A DNA stretch of 64,000 nt from Candidatus Velthaea sp. (lineage in GTDB: Bacteria > Vulcanimicrobiota > Vulcanimicrobiia > Vulcanimicrobiales > Vulcanimicrobiaceae), in the NCBI GenBank assembly GCA_965214935.1, contig CBDCCS010000018.1, forward strand, positions 32,001-96,000, read 5' to 3'. Positions 37,370 through 47,760 of this stretch are shown in pieces. Position 1 is the first letter of the stretch. Each line of letters begins with the position of its first letter. The notes under the pieces were generated by a model. The model did not search any database. It saw only the letters and a list, made by a program, of their open reading frames with translations, and was not told where the DNA came from. A program made the translations under genes and the position numbers.

Positions 37370-39040
37370 TTACTTGTTGTTCTTCCGTAAAGGCGGCAAA
37401 GGCGCCATCGGCGACGGCAAGGGACGGGCAGGCGGCGGGTTGACGCCGTTGATGAGAATGTGCGGCGTCACGATGATGTACAAATTCGTGTTCGTCGACG
37501 AATCATGCCGAACGTGAAAGAGCCCGCCGACTATGGGTACATCGCCCAAGATCGGCAACTTGGAGACGTTACTCAGATCGTTCTGCTGCAGCAAGCCGCC
37601 GATGACGAATGAGTCGCCGTCTCTGACCGTCGCCGACGTCGATGCTTCGCGCTGACTCAACGTCGGGTTACTCTGACCGTTGCTCACGACCGATCCGGTC
37701 ACACTCGAGACTTGCGAAAAGATGTGCGATGTAACGAAGCCGTCGCTGTTAATGCGCGGCTGAATTTGCAAGCTGACGCCGACGCTGATGTATTGCACCT
37801 GCGACGTGGTGCCGTTGACACCGGCTAAGGTCACCGTGCTGATAATCGGAATTTGGTTGCCGGTCACGATCGAGGCCGATGTTCCATCGAGCGCGGTGAT
37901 ACGCGGCCGCGCGATCGTGCGGCCTTCGCCTTTGAGAATCTGCGCGTACACGGCGGCTTGCAGACCAAGCGCGGCTTGGCCGGTCGTTAAACTCTTGATT
38001 GTGTAGGTTGCGCCGTTGACGATCGGATTACCGAAATCGATGCCGATGTCTTTGGCCGCCGTGTCGGTCAATTCGACGATCTGCGTTTCGAGCTCCACGC
38101 TGGCGAGCGGGATATCGATTTTTGCGATTTTTGCTTTGTAGCGTGCAATGACGTCGGACGTGCCGGTTAAAATAATTGCATTGAGCCGGCGGTCGACGCC
38201 GATGTTGTCGTTAATTTGCTGTCCGAGCGCCGTTCCGCCGCCGCCGCCGAAGTTTTGTACTTGCGTGATTCCCTGCGTCGCGACATTACCGTTGAGGCCG
38301 CCGGCTTGACCGAAGCCGTTTGCAACGCCGGTACCGCTGGAAATACCCGCCGAGCCGAATTGCTGCTCTTGGGGTGTAAACGAGTCGTTCGAGGGAATCT
38401 GTTGACCCGACACCAGCAGCCCGACGACTTCACTTACGTCCGCGTATTTGAGTGGAACGACTTCGGTGATTTCGGTGCCGGGTGCAGCGACCGGCGGAGT
38501 CGGAACCGGGACCGGTGTCGCTTGTGGTGCTGCAAGGGCGTTGAGTTCGCCGCCCGACGATGAGATCGTGACGAGCAGCGTTTGTCCCGGACCCGGTCCG
38601 ACCGTTGCATTGGCGGGTGCCGACTCGTGAAACGTAACTTGCAGACTTTCGCCCAAAGCATCGACGGAGATCGATTTGAGCGGATCGCGACCGATGACGG
38701 TCGTCGGCGCATTGACACCGCGCGTCGAGCTTTGTAGAAGGAGCGTAACGTCGGTCGTGCCGTTGCCGAAGATTTTGAAATTCGGTAGACCGTTTGCGAA
38801 AGCGAGAATGACGCGCGGGTTACGGCCGGTGCTTGCATCGATACGAATTCCGTTCAGCGTGGCAGCCTCGGCCGGCTTCGCTCCGAAGGCAAGCGCTGAT
38901 ACGGCGAACATACACGCTGACGCGAGGACAGTGCGGATACGATGCGGTTTTACAGTGAAATCTCCATGCGAGCCGGGTTCCCTTTCGCTCGGTTCAACGC
39001 CGACCTTCTGCGAATTGCGGTGCTCTAATCGCGGCTTCAT
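37370..39040 (-). CDS. Secretin family protein (GspD/PilQ-like); start uncertain
   Basis: VPLKYADVSEV, DRRLNAIILTG, ARPRITALDG, FVIGGLL, LPILGDVPIVGGLF, LYIIVTPHI. Confidence 0.85.
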   Translation of the reverse strand: MKPRLEHRNSQKVGVEPSEREPGSHGDFTVKPHRIRTVLASACMFAVSALAFGAKPAEAATLNGIRIDASTGRNPRVILAFANGLPNFKIFGNGTTDVTLLLQSSTRGVNAPTTVIGRDPLKSISVDALGESLQVTFHESAPANATVGPGPGQTLLVTISSSGGELNALAAPQATPVPVPTPPVAAPGTEITEVVPLKYADVSEVVGLLVSGQQIPSNDSFTPQEQQFGSAGISSGTGVANGFGQAGGLNGNVATQGITQVQNFGGGGGTALGQQINDNIGVDRRLNAIILTGTSDVIARYKAKIAKIDIPLASVELETQIVELTDTAAKDIGIDFGNPIVNGATYTIKSLTTGQAALGLQAAVYAQILKGEGRTIARPRITALDGTSASIVTGNQIPIISTVTLAGVNGTTSQVQYISVGVSLQIQPRINSDGFVTSHIFSQVSSVTGSVVSNGQSNPTLSQREASTSATVRDGDSFVIGGLLQQNDLSNVSKLPILGDVPIVGGLFHVRHDSSTNTNLYIIVTPHILINGVNPPPARPLPSPMAPLPPLRKNNK

Positions 39041-39094
39041 GCGTGTATCATCGGCTCGGCGGCTATTGAAAAAGCACCGAGCTCCCGGCATAAA

Positions 39095-39121
39095 AACCCC
39101 GACCGTCAAACGATCGGGGTT
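39095..39121 (-). terminator. Rho-independent terminator of pnp
   Basis: Minus strand AACCCCGATCGT-TTG-ACGGTCGGGGTT followed by TTT. Confidence 0.7.
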
Positions 39122-39145
39122 GTGAAACGGATGTCGTCTGCGGCG

Positions 39146-41374
39146 TTAGTCGCGCGGACGGCGCGTGCGTGGTGCGCCCCCGCCCGAGCCGTTACGGCCG
39201 CTGCTCGGGCCATCCGGACGCGGACCGCGCGGAACGTACGCAGCATCTTCGGTCTGGTTGTCGGCGCCCGGCAAAACGGCTTTGCGCGATAGGTTGATAC
39301 GCCCTTGACTGTCGACTTCCATCACTTTGACCATGATCTGATCGCCGATCTTGACGACATCTTCAACTTTTTCGACGCGTTGCGCCGCGAGTTGCGAGAT
39401 GTGGACCAAGCCTTCTTTGCCGGGCAAGAACGCAACAAATGCGCCGAAGTTCATCAAGCGTGTCACCGTACCGAGGTACGTCTCGCCGACTCTCACTTCT
39501 TTGGTCAGCGCTTCGACCATCGCTTTGGCTTTTTCGGCGCCTTCGCCGTCAGGCGATGCGATGAACACCCGACCGTCGTTTTCGATGTCGATTTTGACGC
39601 CGGTATCGGAAATAATTTTGTTGATGACCTTACCGCCGGGCCCGATAACGTCTTTGATCTTATCAGGATTGATCGTTAGTACGAGCATCCGCGGAGCCCA
39701 CTTCGAGAGCTGCTGATTGGGTTCGGCGATCGTTTCTTTGAGCTTATCGATAATGAAAAGCCGCGACTTCTTCGCTTCGGCCATCGCTTCGCGCATGATG
39801 TCGATCGTAATGCCCGCGACCTTGATATCCATCTGAATGGCAGTAATTCCGTCGACGGTGCCGGCGACTTTAAAATCCATCTCGCCCAGCGCATCCTCAA
39901 GGCCTTGTATGTCGGTGAGGATCGCGTGTTTCTTCCCGTGCAGGATCAGACCCATGGCAACACCGGCCACGTGGTTCTTGATCGGTACGCCGGCATCCAT
40001 CAACGCCAGCGTCGAGCCGCAAACGGATGCCATCGACGACGAGCCGTTCGATTCGAGCACTTCGCTGATGAGACGCAAGGTATACGGGAAATCTTCCTCG
40101 GCCGGTAACACCGGAACGAGCGCGCGTTCAGCTAGCGCGCCGTGGCCGATTTCACGCCGGCCCGGGGCGCGCATCGGTCGCGCTTCGCCCGTGGAATACG
40201 GCGGAAAATTATAGTAGTGCATGTAGCGCTTGTTGGGAATCGCCATGATTCCGTCGAGCCGCTGTTCATCGCTGATCGAACCCAGGGTCGCGGCGGTGAA
40301 GACTTGCGTTTGCCCGCGCGTGAAGACGCCCGAACCGTGAACGCGCGGAACGTAACCGATCTTCGACCAGATCGGACGAATCTCGTCCGGCTTCCGGCCG
40401 TCGGGACGAATCTGCTCGTCGACGACCATGACGCGAAGTTCTTGCTCCTCCATCGCCTTGACGATCTTCTCGAAATCCTTATTTGATTTGTCTTCGAGCA
40501 GCGCCAGGATGACGGGATCTTTGCCGGCTAATTTGGCGATCGCCGCGGCGCGCGAAAGTTTTTCTAACGCCGCGTTGCGTTCGAGCTTCTCGCTAACGCG
40601 CATCGCAACGGCAACTTCTTTTTTGAAGTTTTTCTCGACCCACGCTTTAAGTTTCGGATCGCTGGTAAGCAGCGGATACTCACGCTTCGCTTTACCGGCC
40701 TTTTCTGCCAACTCGTCGATCGCGCGAACGATTTTTTTAATTTCAGCGTGCGCAAATTCGACGGCGCTTAAAAAATCTTCCTCTGATATTTCGTTGCCGC
40801 CGCCTTCAACCATCATGACGGCATCACCGGTGCCGGCGACGACAATGTCCATGCCGCCCGATTCATATTGGGGCAACGTCGGATTGCAAATTAAAGCGCC
40901 ACCGGTATCCCGGCCGACGCGGACCGCCGCAACATTTTTATCGAACGGTATATCGGAGACGGCGAGCGCCGCACCGGCCGCGCACACCGCAATGACGTCG
41001 CTATCGAGTTCCGGATCGATCGACAACACGGTCGTAATTATTTGAACGTCGTTGCGGAATCCGTCGGGGAACAGCGGCCGAATCGGCCGGTCGATTTGAC
41101 GCGCGCTAAGCGTGCCGTGCTCGGACGGCCGGCCTTCGCGTTTGATGTAGCCGCCCGGAATTTTACCGGCGGCATACATCTTCTCTTCATAATCGCAGGT
41201 GAGGGGAAAAAAATCGACGCCTTCACGAGGCTTCTCGGAGGCGGTAACGGCGGCGAGGACAACGTTTTGATCGCCATAGCGAATCAGGACGCTGCCATTC
41301 GCTTGCTTTGCAAGCTCGCCGGTCTCGATGATGAGGCTTCGGCCACCAATCTCGAGAGAGACGGAATCTGGCAC
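39146..41374 (-). CDS. pnp: Polyribonucleotide nucleotidyltransferase
   Basis: [44 protein letters not shown] and S1 domains; AGGAG SD before GTG 41374. Confidence 0.97.
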   Translation of the reverse strand: MPDSVSLEIGGRSLIIETGELAKQANGSVLIRYGDQNVVLAAVTASEKPREGVDFFPLTCDYEEKMYAAGKIPGGYIKREGRPSEHGTLSARQIDRPIRPLFPDGFRNDVQIITTVLSIDPELDSDVIAVCAAGAALAVSDIPFDKNVAAVRVGRDTGGALICNPTLPQYESGGMDIVVAGTGDAVMMVEGGGNEISEEDFLSAVEFAHAEIKKIVRAIDELAEKAGKAKREYPLLTSDPKLKAWVEKNFKKEVAVAMRVSEKLERNAALEKLSRAAAIAKLAGKDPVILALLEDKSNKDFEKIVKAMEEQELRVMVVDEQIRPDGRKPDEIRPIWSKIGYVPRVHGSGVFTRGQTQVFTAATLGSISDEQRLDGIMAIPNKRYMHYYNFPPYSTGEARPMRAPGRREIGHGALAERALVPVLPAEEDFPYTLRLISEVLESNGSSSMASVCGSTLALMDAGVPIKNHVAGVAMGLILHGKKHAILTDIQGLEDALGEMDFKVAGTVDGITAIQMDIKVAGITIDIMREAMAEAKKSRLFIIDKLKETIAEPNQQLSKWAPRMLVLTINPDKIKDVIGPGGKVINKIISDTGVKIDIENDGRVFIASPDGEGAEKAKAMVEALTKEVRVGETYLGTVTRLMNFGAFVAFLPGKEGLVHISQLAAQRVEKVEDVVKIGDQIMVKVMEVDSQGRINLSRKAVLPGADNQTEDAAYVPRGPRPDGPSSGRNGSGGGAPRTRRPRD

Positions 41375-41535
41375 AGGTTCTCCTAATTGTGCACCGGCGC
41401 CGCTGGGCAAGCCGGAGCGCTTACTGTTCTTTTTCTTAATCTTTGAACGGCGACACGTTCGTTTATGCACGTAACTTCGCCTTTGCCGGCCGGTTCGGGC
41501 AAGGGCGCGCAATCGCCGATAACGCATTGCCGCGC

Positions 41536-43254
41536 ATGCAAAGATGGTTGACCGGGCGGGCTGCTTGGGCGGCATGCCTAAGTGCAATTGCGCTGCTGAG
41601 CGCGCCGTTGAGTGCCGTCGCGGCGCCGGTTCGCGCGTTGCCCGCGGCCGGAATGCACGGTATGGTTGCGACCGAAGAAGCCGAGGCGACGCGCGTCGGT
41701 GTCGCCATCCTCAAACGCGGCGGCAACGCGGTTGATGCCGCGATCGCGGTCGGTTATGCGTTAGCGGTTACCGACCCGTGCTGCGGTAACATCGGCGGCG
41801 GCGGCTTCATGTTGATTCATCGCGCCGGCGGTACGAATGCATTTATTAATTTTCGCGAACGCGCGCCGCTACGTGCGACGAAAAATATGTACCTCGATGC
41901 GCGCGGCAACGTCGCGCCCGGCCGCAGCACGGACGGCTGGCTTGCCGTCGGCGTGCCAGGTACGGTAGCCGGATTCGAGCGTGCGCGGACGACTTACGGG
42001 ACACGTAGCCGCGCCCAATTGATGGCGCCCGCGATCGCACTTGCGCGCGACGGATTCATCCTGAGCGCCGGCGACCTCGACGAATTCGGCCCGCATTTCC
42101 GGCACATCGCGCGCCAGCCGAATGTTGCACGGATTTGGACGCATGACGGCGCTCCGCTACGTGCCGGCGAACGGTTGCGTCAACCCGAGTTGGCACGGTC
42201 GCTGCGGATCGTTGCACGCGCCGGCGCCGCCGGCTTTTACCGCGGTCCGATCGCACGCGCCATCGTCGGTGCAAGCAGGCGCAACGGCGGCATCCTCGCA
42301 CTCGATGATTTTCGTTCGTATACCAGCGAAGTGTTGATGCCCGTTACGTGCCGTTATCGGGGCTACCTGATCGTGTCGGCTCCGCCGCCGAGCTCGGGCG
42401 GAACGACGATGTGCGAAATTCTCTCGATCGTCGATCGTTATCCGTTCGCACGTGACGGCTTCGGCAGCGTTGCATCGATCCGGCATGATGTCGAAGCCGA
42501 ACGTCTCGCCTATGCCGACCGCAACACGTATCTGGGCGATCCCGATTTCGTCGACAATCCTGTTTCGCGATTGCTGGCACCCGCGTATATCACCCGGCAG
42601 CTGAGCAGAATCGGTGAACGCGCCGGCGACTCGCGCCGCGTTCAGGGAGGTCTGCCGCCGTCCGAACGCCGCCAAACCACGCACTATTCGATTGTCGACC
42701 GGTTCGGCAACGCGGTCGCCGTAACGTTTACCATCAACGATGAGTTCGGTGCCGGCGTTATCGCGGGCAACACCGGATTTTTTCTCAACAACGAAATGGA
42801 CGATTTCACCAGTAAAGCCGGCGTGCCGAATCTGTACGGCTTAGTGCAAGGCGATGCCAATGCAGTTGCGCCCGGAAAGCGCCCGCTATCGTCGATGGCA
42901 CCGACCATCGTCTTGCGTGACGGCCACGTCGCGATCGTCGCGGGCAGCCCGGGCGGCTCGCGCATCATCACGATCGCGCTCGGCGTCTTGCAAAACATCA
43001 TCGACTACGGGATGAATGCGCAAGCCGCCGTCGATGCGCCGCGTTTCCATCATCAGTGGCTGCCCGATATCGTCGAAATCGAACGCGGCGCGCTAAGCGC
43101 TGCAACGCAAAAGCACTTGCAGCACATCGGCTATTCTTTCGGTCTGCGCGAACGGTGGGGTTCGGCCCAAGCCGTCGTCGTCGACCGGCGGACGGGAAAA
43201 ATGACCGGGGGGACCGATCGCCGCCGGCGATCGGGCTTAGCGCTGGGCTACTAA
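41536..43254 (+). CDS. ggt: Gamma-glutamyltransferase, secreted
   Basis: GGNAVDAA, TTHYSIVD, NNEMDDF, PGKRPLSSMAPT, GSPGGSRII; signal peptide. Confidence 0.93.
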   Translation: MQRWLTGRAAWAACLSAIALLSAPLSAVAAPVRALPAAGMHGMVATEEAEATRVGVAILKRGGNAVDAAIAVGYALAVTDPCCGNIGGGGFMLIHRAGGTNAFINFRERAPLRATKNMYLDARGNVAPGRSTDGWLAVGVPGTVAGFERARTTYGTRSRAQLMAPAIALARDGFILSAGDLDEFGPHFRHIARQPNVARIWTHDGAPLRAGERLRQPELARSLRIVARAGAAGFYRGPIARAIVGASRRNGGILALDDFRSYTSEVLMPVTCRYRGYLIVSAPPPSSGGTTMCEILSIVDRYPFARDGFGSVASIRHDVEAERLAYADRNTYLGDPDFVDNPVSRLLAPAYITRQLSRIGERAGDSRRVQGGLPPSERRQTTHYSIVDRFGNAVAVTFTINDEFGAGVIAGNTGFFLNNEMDDFTSKAGVPNLYGLVQGDANAVAPGKRPLSSMAPTIVLRDGHVAIVAGSPGGSRIITIALGVLQNIIDYGMNAQAAVDAPRFHHQWLPDIVEIERGALSAATQKHLQHIGYSFGLRERWGSAQAVVVDRRTGKMTGGTDRRRRSGLALGY

Positions 43255-43261
43255 ACGCCGG

Positions 43262-43531
43262 TCAGCGGCGCAATCCGAGATCGGCGATAAGCTTGCGATA
43301 GCGCTCCAGGTCTTTTTTCTGAAGGTAGCCGAGCAGACGGCGGCGTTGTCCGACCTGCATGAGCAGACCACGCCGGCTGTGATGGTCTTTCTTGTGAACT
43401 TTGAGGTGCTCGTTGAGCTGATTGATCGACGCTGTAAGCACCGCGATCTGCACGTCGGCCGAGCCGGTGTCGTTGGCACCCCGACCATACTTGGTCGAAA
43501 TATCCGCTTTTTGGTCTTTGGTCAAAGGCAT
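43262..43531 (-). CDS. rpsO: 30S ribosomal protein S15
   Basis: [34 protein letters not shown]. Confidence 0.97.
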   Translation of the reverse strand: MPLTKDQKADISTKYGRGANDTGSADVQIAVLTASINQLNEHLKVHKKDHHSRRGLLMQVGQRRRLLGYLQKKDLERYRKLIADLGLRR

Positions 43532-43623
43532 GGCAAGTTCTCCGTCTCGCGTGTCTGCCAGAGACGCCCGACGGGCGCTCCAGGACAGCGACCGACGGAT
43601 TGTAGCAAACGCGCTCTACGCGG

Positions 43624-43923
43624 TCAAACGCCTTCATCGGCCGGCGGCCGCGCTTCTTCGGTCGCCGCCAGAAGCGCTGCGCGCAACGTCGTGAGGCCCG
43701 GACTTAGCGCCGTCCCGCGTTCGCCGAGCAGTTCGAGTTCGGTCAACGCCCGCCGGGCCGCGGGTTTCTCGATTGCAACGTACAGCGTTTGCTCGAGTTC
43801 TTTATCGAGTTCTTCAATGGCGCGCTGCGCCATATTTGCTTGGCCGAACGAATACGCGTGATGCGTCGCGTTTCCGAGCAACGCCAGTTCGGCCTTGAGC
43901 CAATTCCGATAATCGCGAAGCAA
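43624..43923 (-). CDS. Hypothetical helical protein
   Basis: 99-aa ORF with plausible composition filling the gap before rpsO. Confidence 0.5.
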   Translation of the reverse strand: MLRDYRNWLKAELALLGNATHHAYSFGQANMAQRAIEELDKELEQTLYVAIEKPAARRALTELELLGERGTALSPGLTTLRAALLAATEEARPPADEGV

Positions 43924-43956
43924 GACGTGCGGTTCCCTTCGGGTAAACGGCGAAGT

Positions 43957-44286
43957 GTGTCATCAGAATTTATACCCGTTGCCAAGCTGTCCGAGATCGC
44001 ACCCGGCACCGCAACCACCGTCACTCTCGACGGCCGTGAGATCGCACTCTTCAACGTCGGAGGCGTCGTGTATGCCCTCGACAATACGTGTCCGCACCAA
44101 GGCGGACCGCTAGCCGAAGGATGGATCGAAGGGACGATGGTGACATGTCCCTGGCATGCTTGGTGCTTCAACCTGACCGACGGCAAGATGACGCTGGGCG
44201 ATTTCGGTTCCGTCGACGCATTCGAGGTGCGAGTCGAGGGCGAGACGGTGAACCTTTCGCGCCAACCCAAAACCGAACCGGTCTAA
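43957..44286 (+). CDS. Rieske-type [2Fe-2S] ferredoxin
   Basis: CPHQGGPL...CPWHAWCF; GTG start at 43957. Confidence 0.9.
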   Translation: MSSEFIPVAKLSEIAPGTATTVTLDGREIALFNVGGVVYALDNTCPHQGGPLAEGWIEGTMVTCPWHAWCFNLTDGKMTLGDFGSVDAFEVRVEGETVNLSRQPKTEPV

Positions 44287-44295
44287 GGCGGCGCT

Positions 44296-45312
44296 TTAGC
44301 GCTGAAGAGCGGTCGGGAGCTCGGCCAGCGAGCGCGAGCCGCTGGCGAACTGAGCGATGCGCAGCGCGCCGATCAACTCGGCAACGAGTGCGTGTACGGC
44401 CGCTTCCGACTCGTCGGCCGCGGCTAAGAACGGCAGCGCGATGCCGCACAAATCGGCACCCAGCGCGATCGATTTCGCTATGTCGACGCCGGTTCGGATC
44501 CCGCCGCTGGCAACGAGGGGCATCCCGGGCAGGGCAGCGCGGACTTCAGCGGTGGCTCGCGCCGTTGCATAGCCCCAATCGCCGAACGCCTCGGCAATGC
44601 GTTCTCGCTGCGCGTCGCCGGCGCGCCGGCCCTCCACCAGCGCCCACGACGTACCGCCGGCGCCCGCAACGTCGATCGCCGCAACCCCGGCGTCGCGCAG
44701 CCGCCGAGCGGTCGCCGCAGCGATCCCCGAACCGACACCCTTGGCCAAGACGGGTACCTCGAGCGTCGCGCACAGCCGTCCGATTTTCGGTAGCAGATCG
44801 CGAAAGTTGGTATCGCCGTGCGGCTGCAGTGCTTCTTGGAGCGGATTGAGGTGGAGATACAAGCCGTTCGCGCCATGCAAGTCGACCAGCCGCCGCGCGT
44901 CCTCGACGGTCACCCCGTAGTTCAGCTGCACGGCCCCTAAATTGGCATACAGCGGTATCGTCGGCGCGACGTGGCGGACGGCATACGTCACGGCAAGGTC
45001 GGCGTTCTCGAGCGCCGCCCGTCCGCTGCCGAGCCCGAGCGCAATGCCGGCCGCTTCGGCGGCGGCCGCGAGCCGGCGATTGATTTCCCCGGCACGCGCG
45101 GTCCCGCCGGTCATCGACGAAATAATGAGCGGCGCACGCAGCCGGAAACCGAGGAATTCGGTGCTGCAATCAACGTCGGCCAGCGCAAATTCGGGCAAGG
45201 CTTCATGGCGCAAGCGCACCGCCGAGAAGCCGGCATCCAAACGCGAAGCAACGTCGTCTTCCAAACAAATATCAAGGTGCCGGCTCTTACGCGCCTCGGT
45301 GTCCATCGGCAC
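44296..45312 (-). CDS. fni: Type 2 isopentenyl-diphosphate isomerase
   Basis: RKSRHL, ISSMTGG, NLGAVQL, HLNPLQE, GAGGTSW, ASGGIR. Confidence 0.93.
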   Translation of the reverse strand: MPMDTEARKSRHLDICLEDDVASRLDAGFSAVRLRHEALPEFALADVDCSTEFLGFRLRAPLIISSMTGGTARAGEINRRLAAAAEAAGIALGLGSGRAALENADLAVTYAVRHVAPTIPLYANLGAVQLNYGVTVEDARRLVDLHGANGLYLHLNPLQEALQPHGDTNFRDLLPKIGRLCATLEVPVLAKGVGSGIAAATARRLRDAGVAAIDVAGAGGTSWALVEGRRAGDAQRERIAEAFGDWGYATARATAEVRAALPGMPLVASGGIRTGVDIAKSIALGADLCGIALPFLAAADESEAAVHALVAELIGALRIAQFASGSRSLAELPTALQR

Positions 45313-45380
45313 GACGCTTTCGCCGCGTGCGGCCGTCTGCCCGGTGAGGACCGTTTGCGCCGGGCGCGGAACGTCGCACC

Positions 45381-45878
45381 GTGATGGAGCACGCCTATGA
45401 TGCGGCGACCGGGACGGTCGGCGGGTCCGACTTCGCTGCCGGCCTCGCGGCTTTGGCGGCCGCTAAAGACCTCGATCGCGCCGGGCTCGCGCAAGCGGCC
45501 GGCCTCGAGGAGACACTCGTCGATGCGGTGCTCGGCGGCGCGCGGGTCGGCGTGGCCGTCGCAGCGGCCTTCGCCCGGGCACTGCGCGTGCGCCCGATCG
45601 AATTCATGCAGAAGACCGGACTGTTATCGCTCGAGGTGTACGCCGGCGGACTCGATCCGCTATTTTTTCTGCCGGCCGGACCGGTGCGGCACGATGCGCG
45701 GATCTACATGCGCGAGATCAATCCGCGACACGCGGTGCCCGAGGGTGATATGACCAAGCGCAACCCGCTGCTCAAGATGCTCGCCGACGACGCCTTGCTC
45801 GATCCGGTCGGCAAACTTGAAATAGAGCTTGCTTATCTGCTCCGCTCTGCTGCTGCCGCGACCGCTGGGCGGTTGTAG
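45381..45878 (+). CDS. Hypothetical protein with XRE-like HTH
   Basis: N-terminal LAQAAGL..VDAVLGG..FARALRV resembles an XRE HTH. Confidence 0.5.
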   Translation: MMEHAYDAATGTVGGSDFAAGLAALAAAKDLDRAGLAQAAGLEETLVDAVLGGARVGVAVAAAFARALRVRPIEFMQKTGLLSLEVYAGGLDPLFFLPAGPVRHDARIYMREINPRHAVPEGDMTKRNPLLKMLADDALLDPVGKLEIELAYLLRSAAAATAGRL

Positions 45879-45987
45879 GCCGGAGCCCGGGCGTTGCGAC
45901 TGCGCTGCGGGCTGACGGTTGGGCTTGGCCTGGCTGGACGGAGCGGTCCGATAAGGGCCTTGAGGCATTGTTAAGGAAACTCCGTCC

Positions 45988-46545
45988 ATGGATATCGAAG
46001 GGAAGCGAGTCGCCGCGCTAGTCGGCGACGGTTTTGAAGAATCGGAATTGTTCGAGCCGAAACGGGCGCTCGAAGAGGCCGGCGCGATCGTCACGATCGT
46101 CGGTGCCGATGATAAATCTCTGCAGAAAATCCGCGGTAAGCGCGGACTCGATGAAGGGCAGAGCGTTAAGGCCGAAGAGGTCGTCGCCGATGTGACGGCC
46201 GACGACTTCGATGCGCTGCTCATCCCGGGCGGCATGTCGCCCGATCACATCCGGACCAACAAAGACGTTCAGCGGTTCGTCAAAGATTTCGACGCGGCGA
46301 AAAAGCCGATGTTCGTGATCTGCCACGGGCCGCAAATACTCATCTCAGCGCAAGTCGTACGCGGTCGTACCCTCACGGGCTTCGCCGCGATCGCGGACGA
46401 CATCCGGAACGCCGGCGGTCTGTATCGCGATCAGCCGATCGTTACCGACGGCAATTGGCTCACGTCGCGACATCCGGGAGACATTCCGATGTTCAACCGC
46501 GCGATGCTGGAAAAGCTCGCGAGCATCGCGACCGCGGCTGTTTGA
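45988..46545 (+). CDS. DJ-1/PfpI family protein
   Basis: DGFEESEL, DALLIPGG, ICHGPQIL, TSRHPGD. Confidence 0.9.
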   Translation: MDIEGKRVAALVGDGFEESELFEPKRALEEAGAIVTIVGADDKSLQKIRGKRGLDEGQSVKAEEVVADVTADDFDALLIPGGMSPDHIRTNKDVQRFVKDFDAAKKPMFVICHGPQILISAQVVRGRTLTGFAAIADDIRNAGGLYRDQPIVTDGNWLTSRHPGDIPMFNRAMLEKLASIATAAV

Positions 46546-46565
46546 TCCAATCCGGTCCTACTCGA

Positions 46566-46598
46566 CTGCCGGCGGCGACAGTAACGCGCCGCCGGCAG
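46566..46598. terminator. Hairpin between convergent genes
   Basis: CTGCCGGCGGCG-N9-CGCCGCCGGCAG. Confidence 0.5.
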
Positions 46599-46612
46599 CT
46601 ACTTCGCCGGCC

Positions 46613-47734
46613 TTAGACGACGGCCGTTAAGCGCGGATTCGGGCGTTCGGGCCGGCCGATTTTGTGACATTCGGTCCAGCCGCCGGTCGCGTCGACGGCG
46701 ACGATATCGGCGGTGAAATCAAAGCTTCCATTGCCGTCGAAAAATGCGCTGCCGACCGCATAGGCATCGACGGGAACTCCCTCGCGTTCGAAGGCGCGAA
46801 TCTTGGCGGCATTGAATCCGCCGCTCGCGACGATCCGTACGCGCGGAAAACCGGCAGCATCGAGCCCGGCGCGCACGTTGCGCACGAGTTGCGCGTTGAC
46901 GCCCGTCGGTTTGAAGGTGCCCATCATCGGAACGATCGAGGCATCGACGAGCGTACCGGAGGTGTCCAAGCGTACGCCCCACAGCCGGTCGCCGAGCGCT
47001 CGCGCAACATTTACCGACGTTGCCACGCAATCGTTATCGAAATCGACGAGTGAAATAACGTTGACGCCGGGATCGATGTATTCGGCAAACTTTTGCGTCG
47101 CACGAACCGTATCGCCGCGATATGCCGCGATGAGCGCGTGCGGCACCGTGCCCATCCCGCGCGATCCCCACCACTCGGCATTTGCATCGGTCGATACGCC
47201 GAGCGCGCCGGAAATGTATGCTGCATAGCCGTCACCCGTCTGAACCAAATGATGATCGAAGCGCGCGGGAAAAAACAGCACGTCTTTGCCGCCGGCCGCG
47301 TCGACGATGGCCCGAGCGTTCGTTGCAATGCGCGTACGGCGCGAGAGAACGCCGAGATAGCACGTTTCGAGATGTGCGAAGAGACCGTAATCGCCTTCGA
47401 TGCGCAAAACCGTTTCGTACGGCTCGATTGCATCGCCGTCGTACAGTGCACGCACGTGCAAGGCGGACCAGCCGTCCGACCATGCTCCGTTGCTGCCGCG
47501 TTCGCCCGAACACGTGCGCAGTATAGCGAGCGCTTCATCGATGCCGCACAAGATCGACGTATTGCGCTGAAAAACTTGCATTCGCACGCGTGCACGATAG
47601 CGATCGGCCAGCAATATTTCACGCGCGCGATTAAAGTAGGTGTCCGAGTAATATCCATCGCGCATTTTGTCGATGGGTAGGTTGAATACCGTCGCGTCCA
47701 GACGCGGGCGCCCTTCGCGCAACATGGGACGCAT
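46613..47734 (-). CDS. Nicotinate phosphoribosyltransferase-like protein
   Basis: YSDTYF, FPARFDH, GTVPHALI, GVRLDTSG, IVASGGF. Confidence 0.8.
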   Translation of the reverse strand: MRPMLREGRPRLDATVFNLPIDKMRDGYYSDTYFNRAREILLADRYRARVRMQVFQRNTSILCGIDEALAILRTCSGERGSNGAWSDGWSALHVRALYDGDAIEPYETVLRIEGDYGLFAHLETCYLGVLSRRTRIATNARAIVDAAGGKDVLFFPARFDHHLVQTGDGYAAYISGALGVSTDANAEWWGSRGMGTVPHALIAAYRGDTVRATQKFAEYIDPGVNVISLVDFDNDCVATSVNVARALGDRLWGVRLDTSGTLVDASIVPMMGTFKPTGVNAQLVRNVRAGLDAAGFPRVRIVASGGFNAAKIRAFEREGVPVDAYAVGSAFFDGNGSFDFTADIVAVDATGGWTECHKIGRPERPNPRLTAVV

Positions 47735-47760
47735 CTTCGGATTCGTGGAATGATTTCCTC

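Noticed and set aside
36792..37517. Short ORFs overlapping ssrA and its promoter
   Set aside because: Shadow ORFs of the RNA gene; only the tag portion of 37028..37327 is meaningful.
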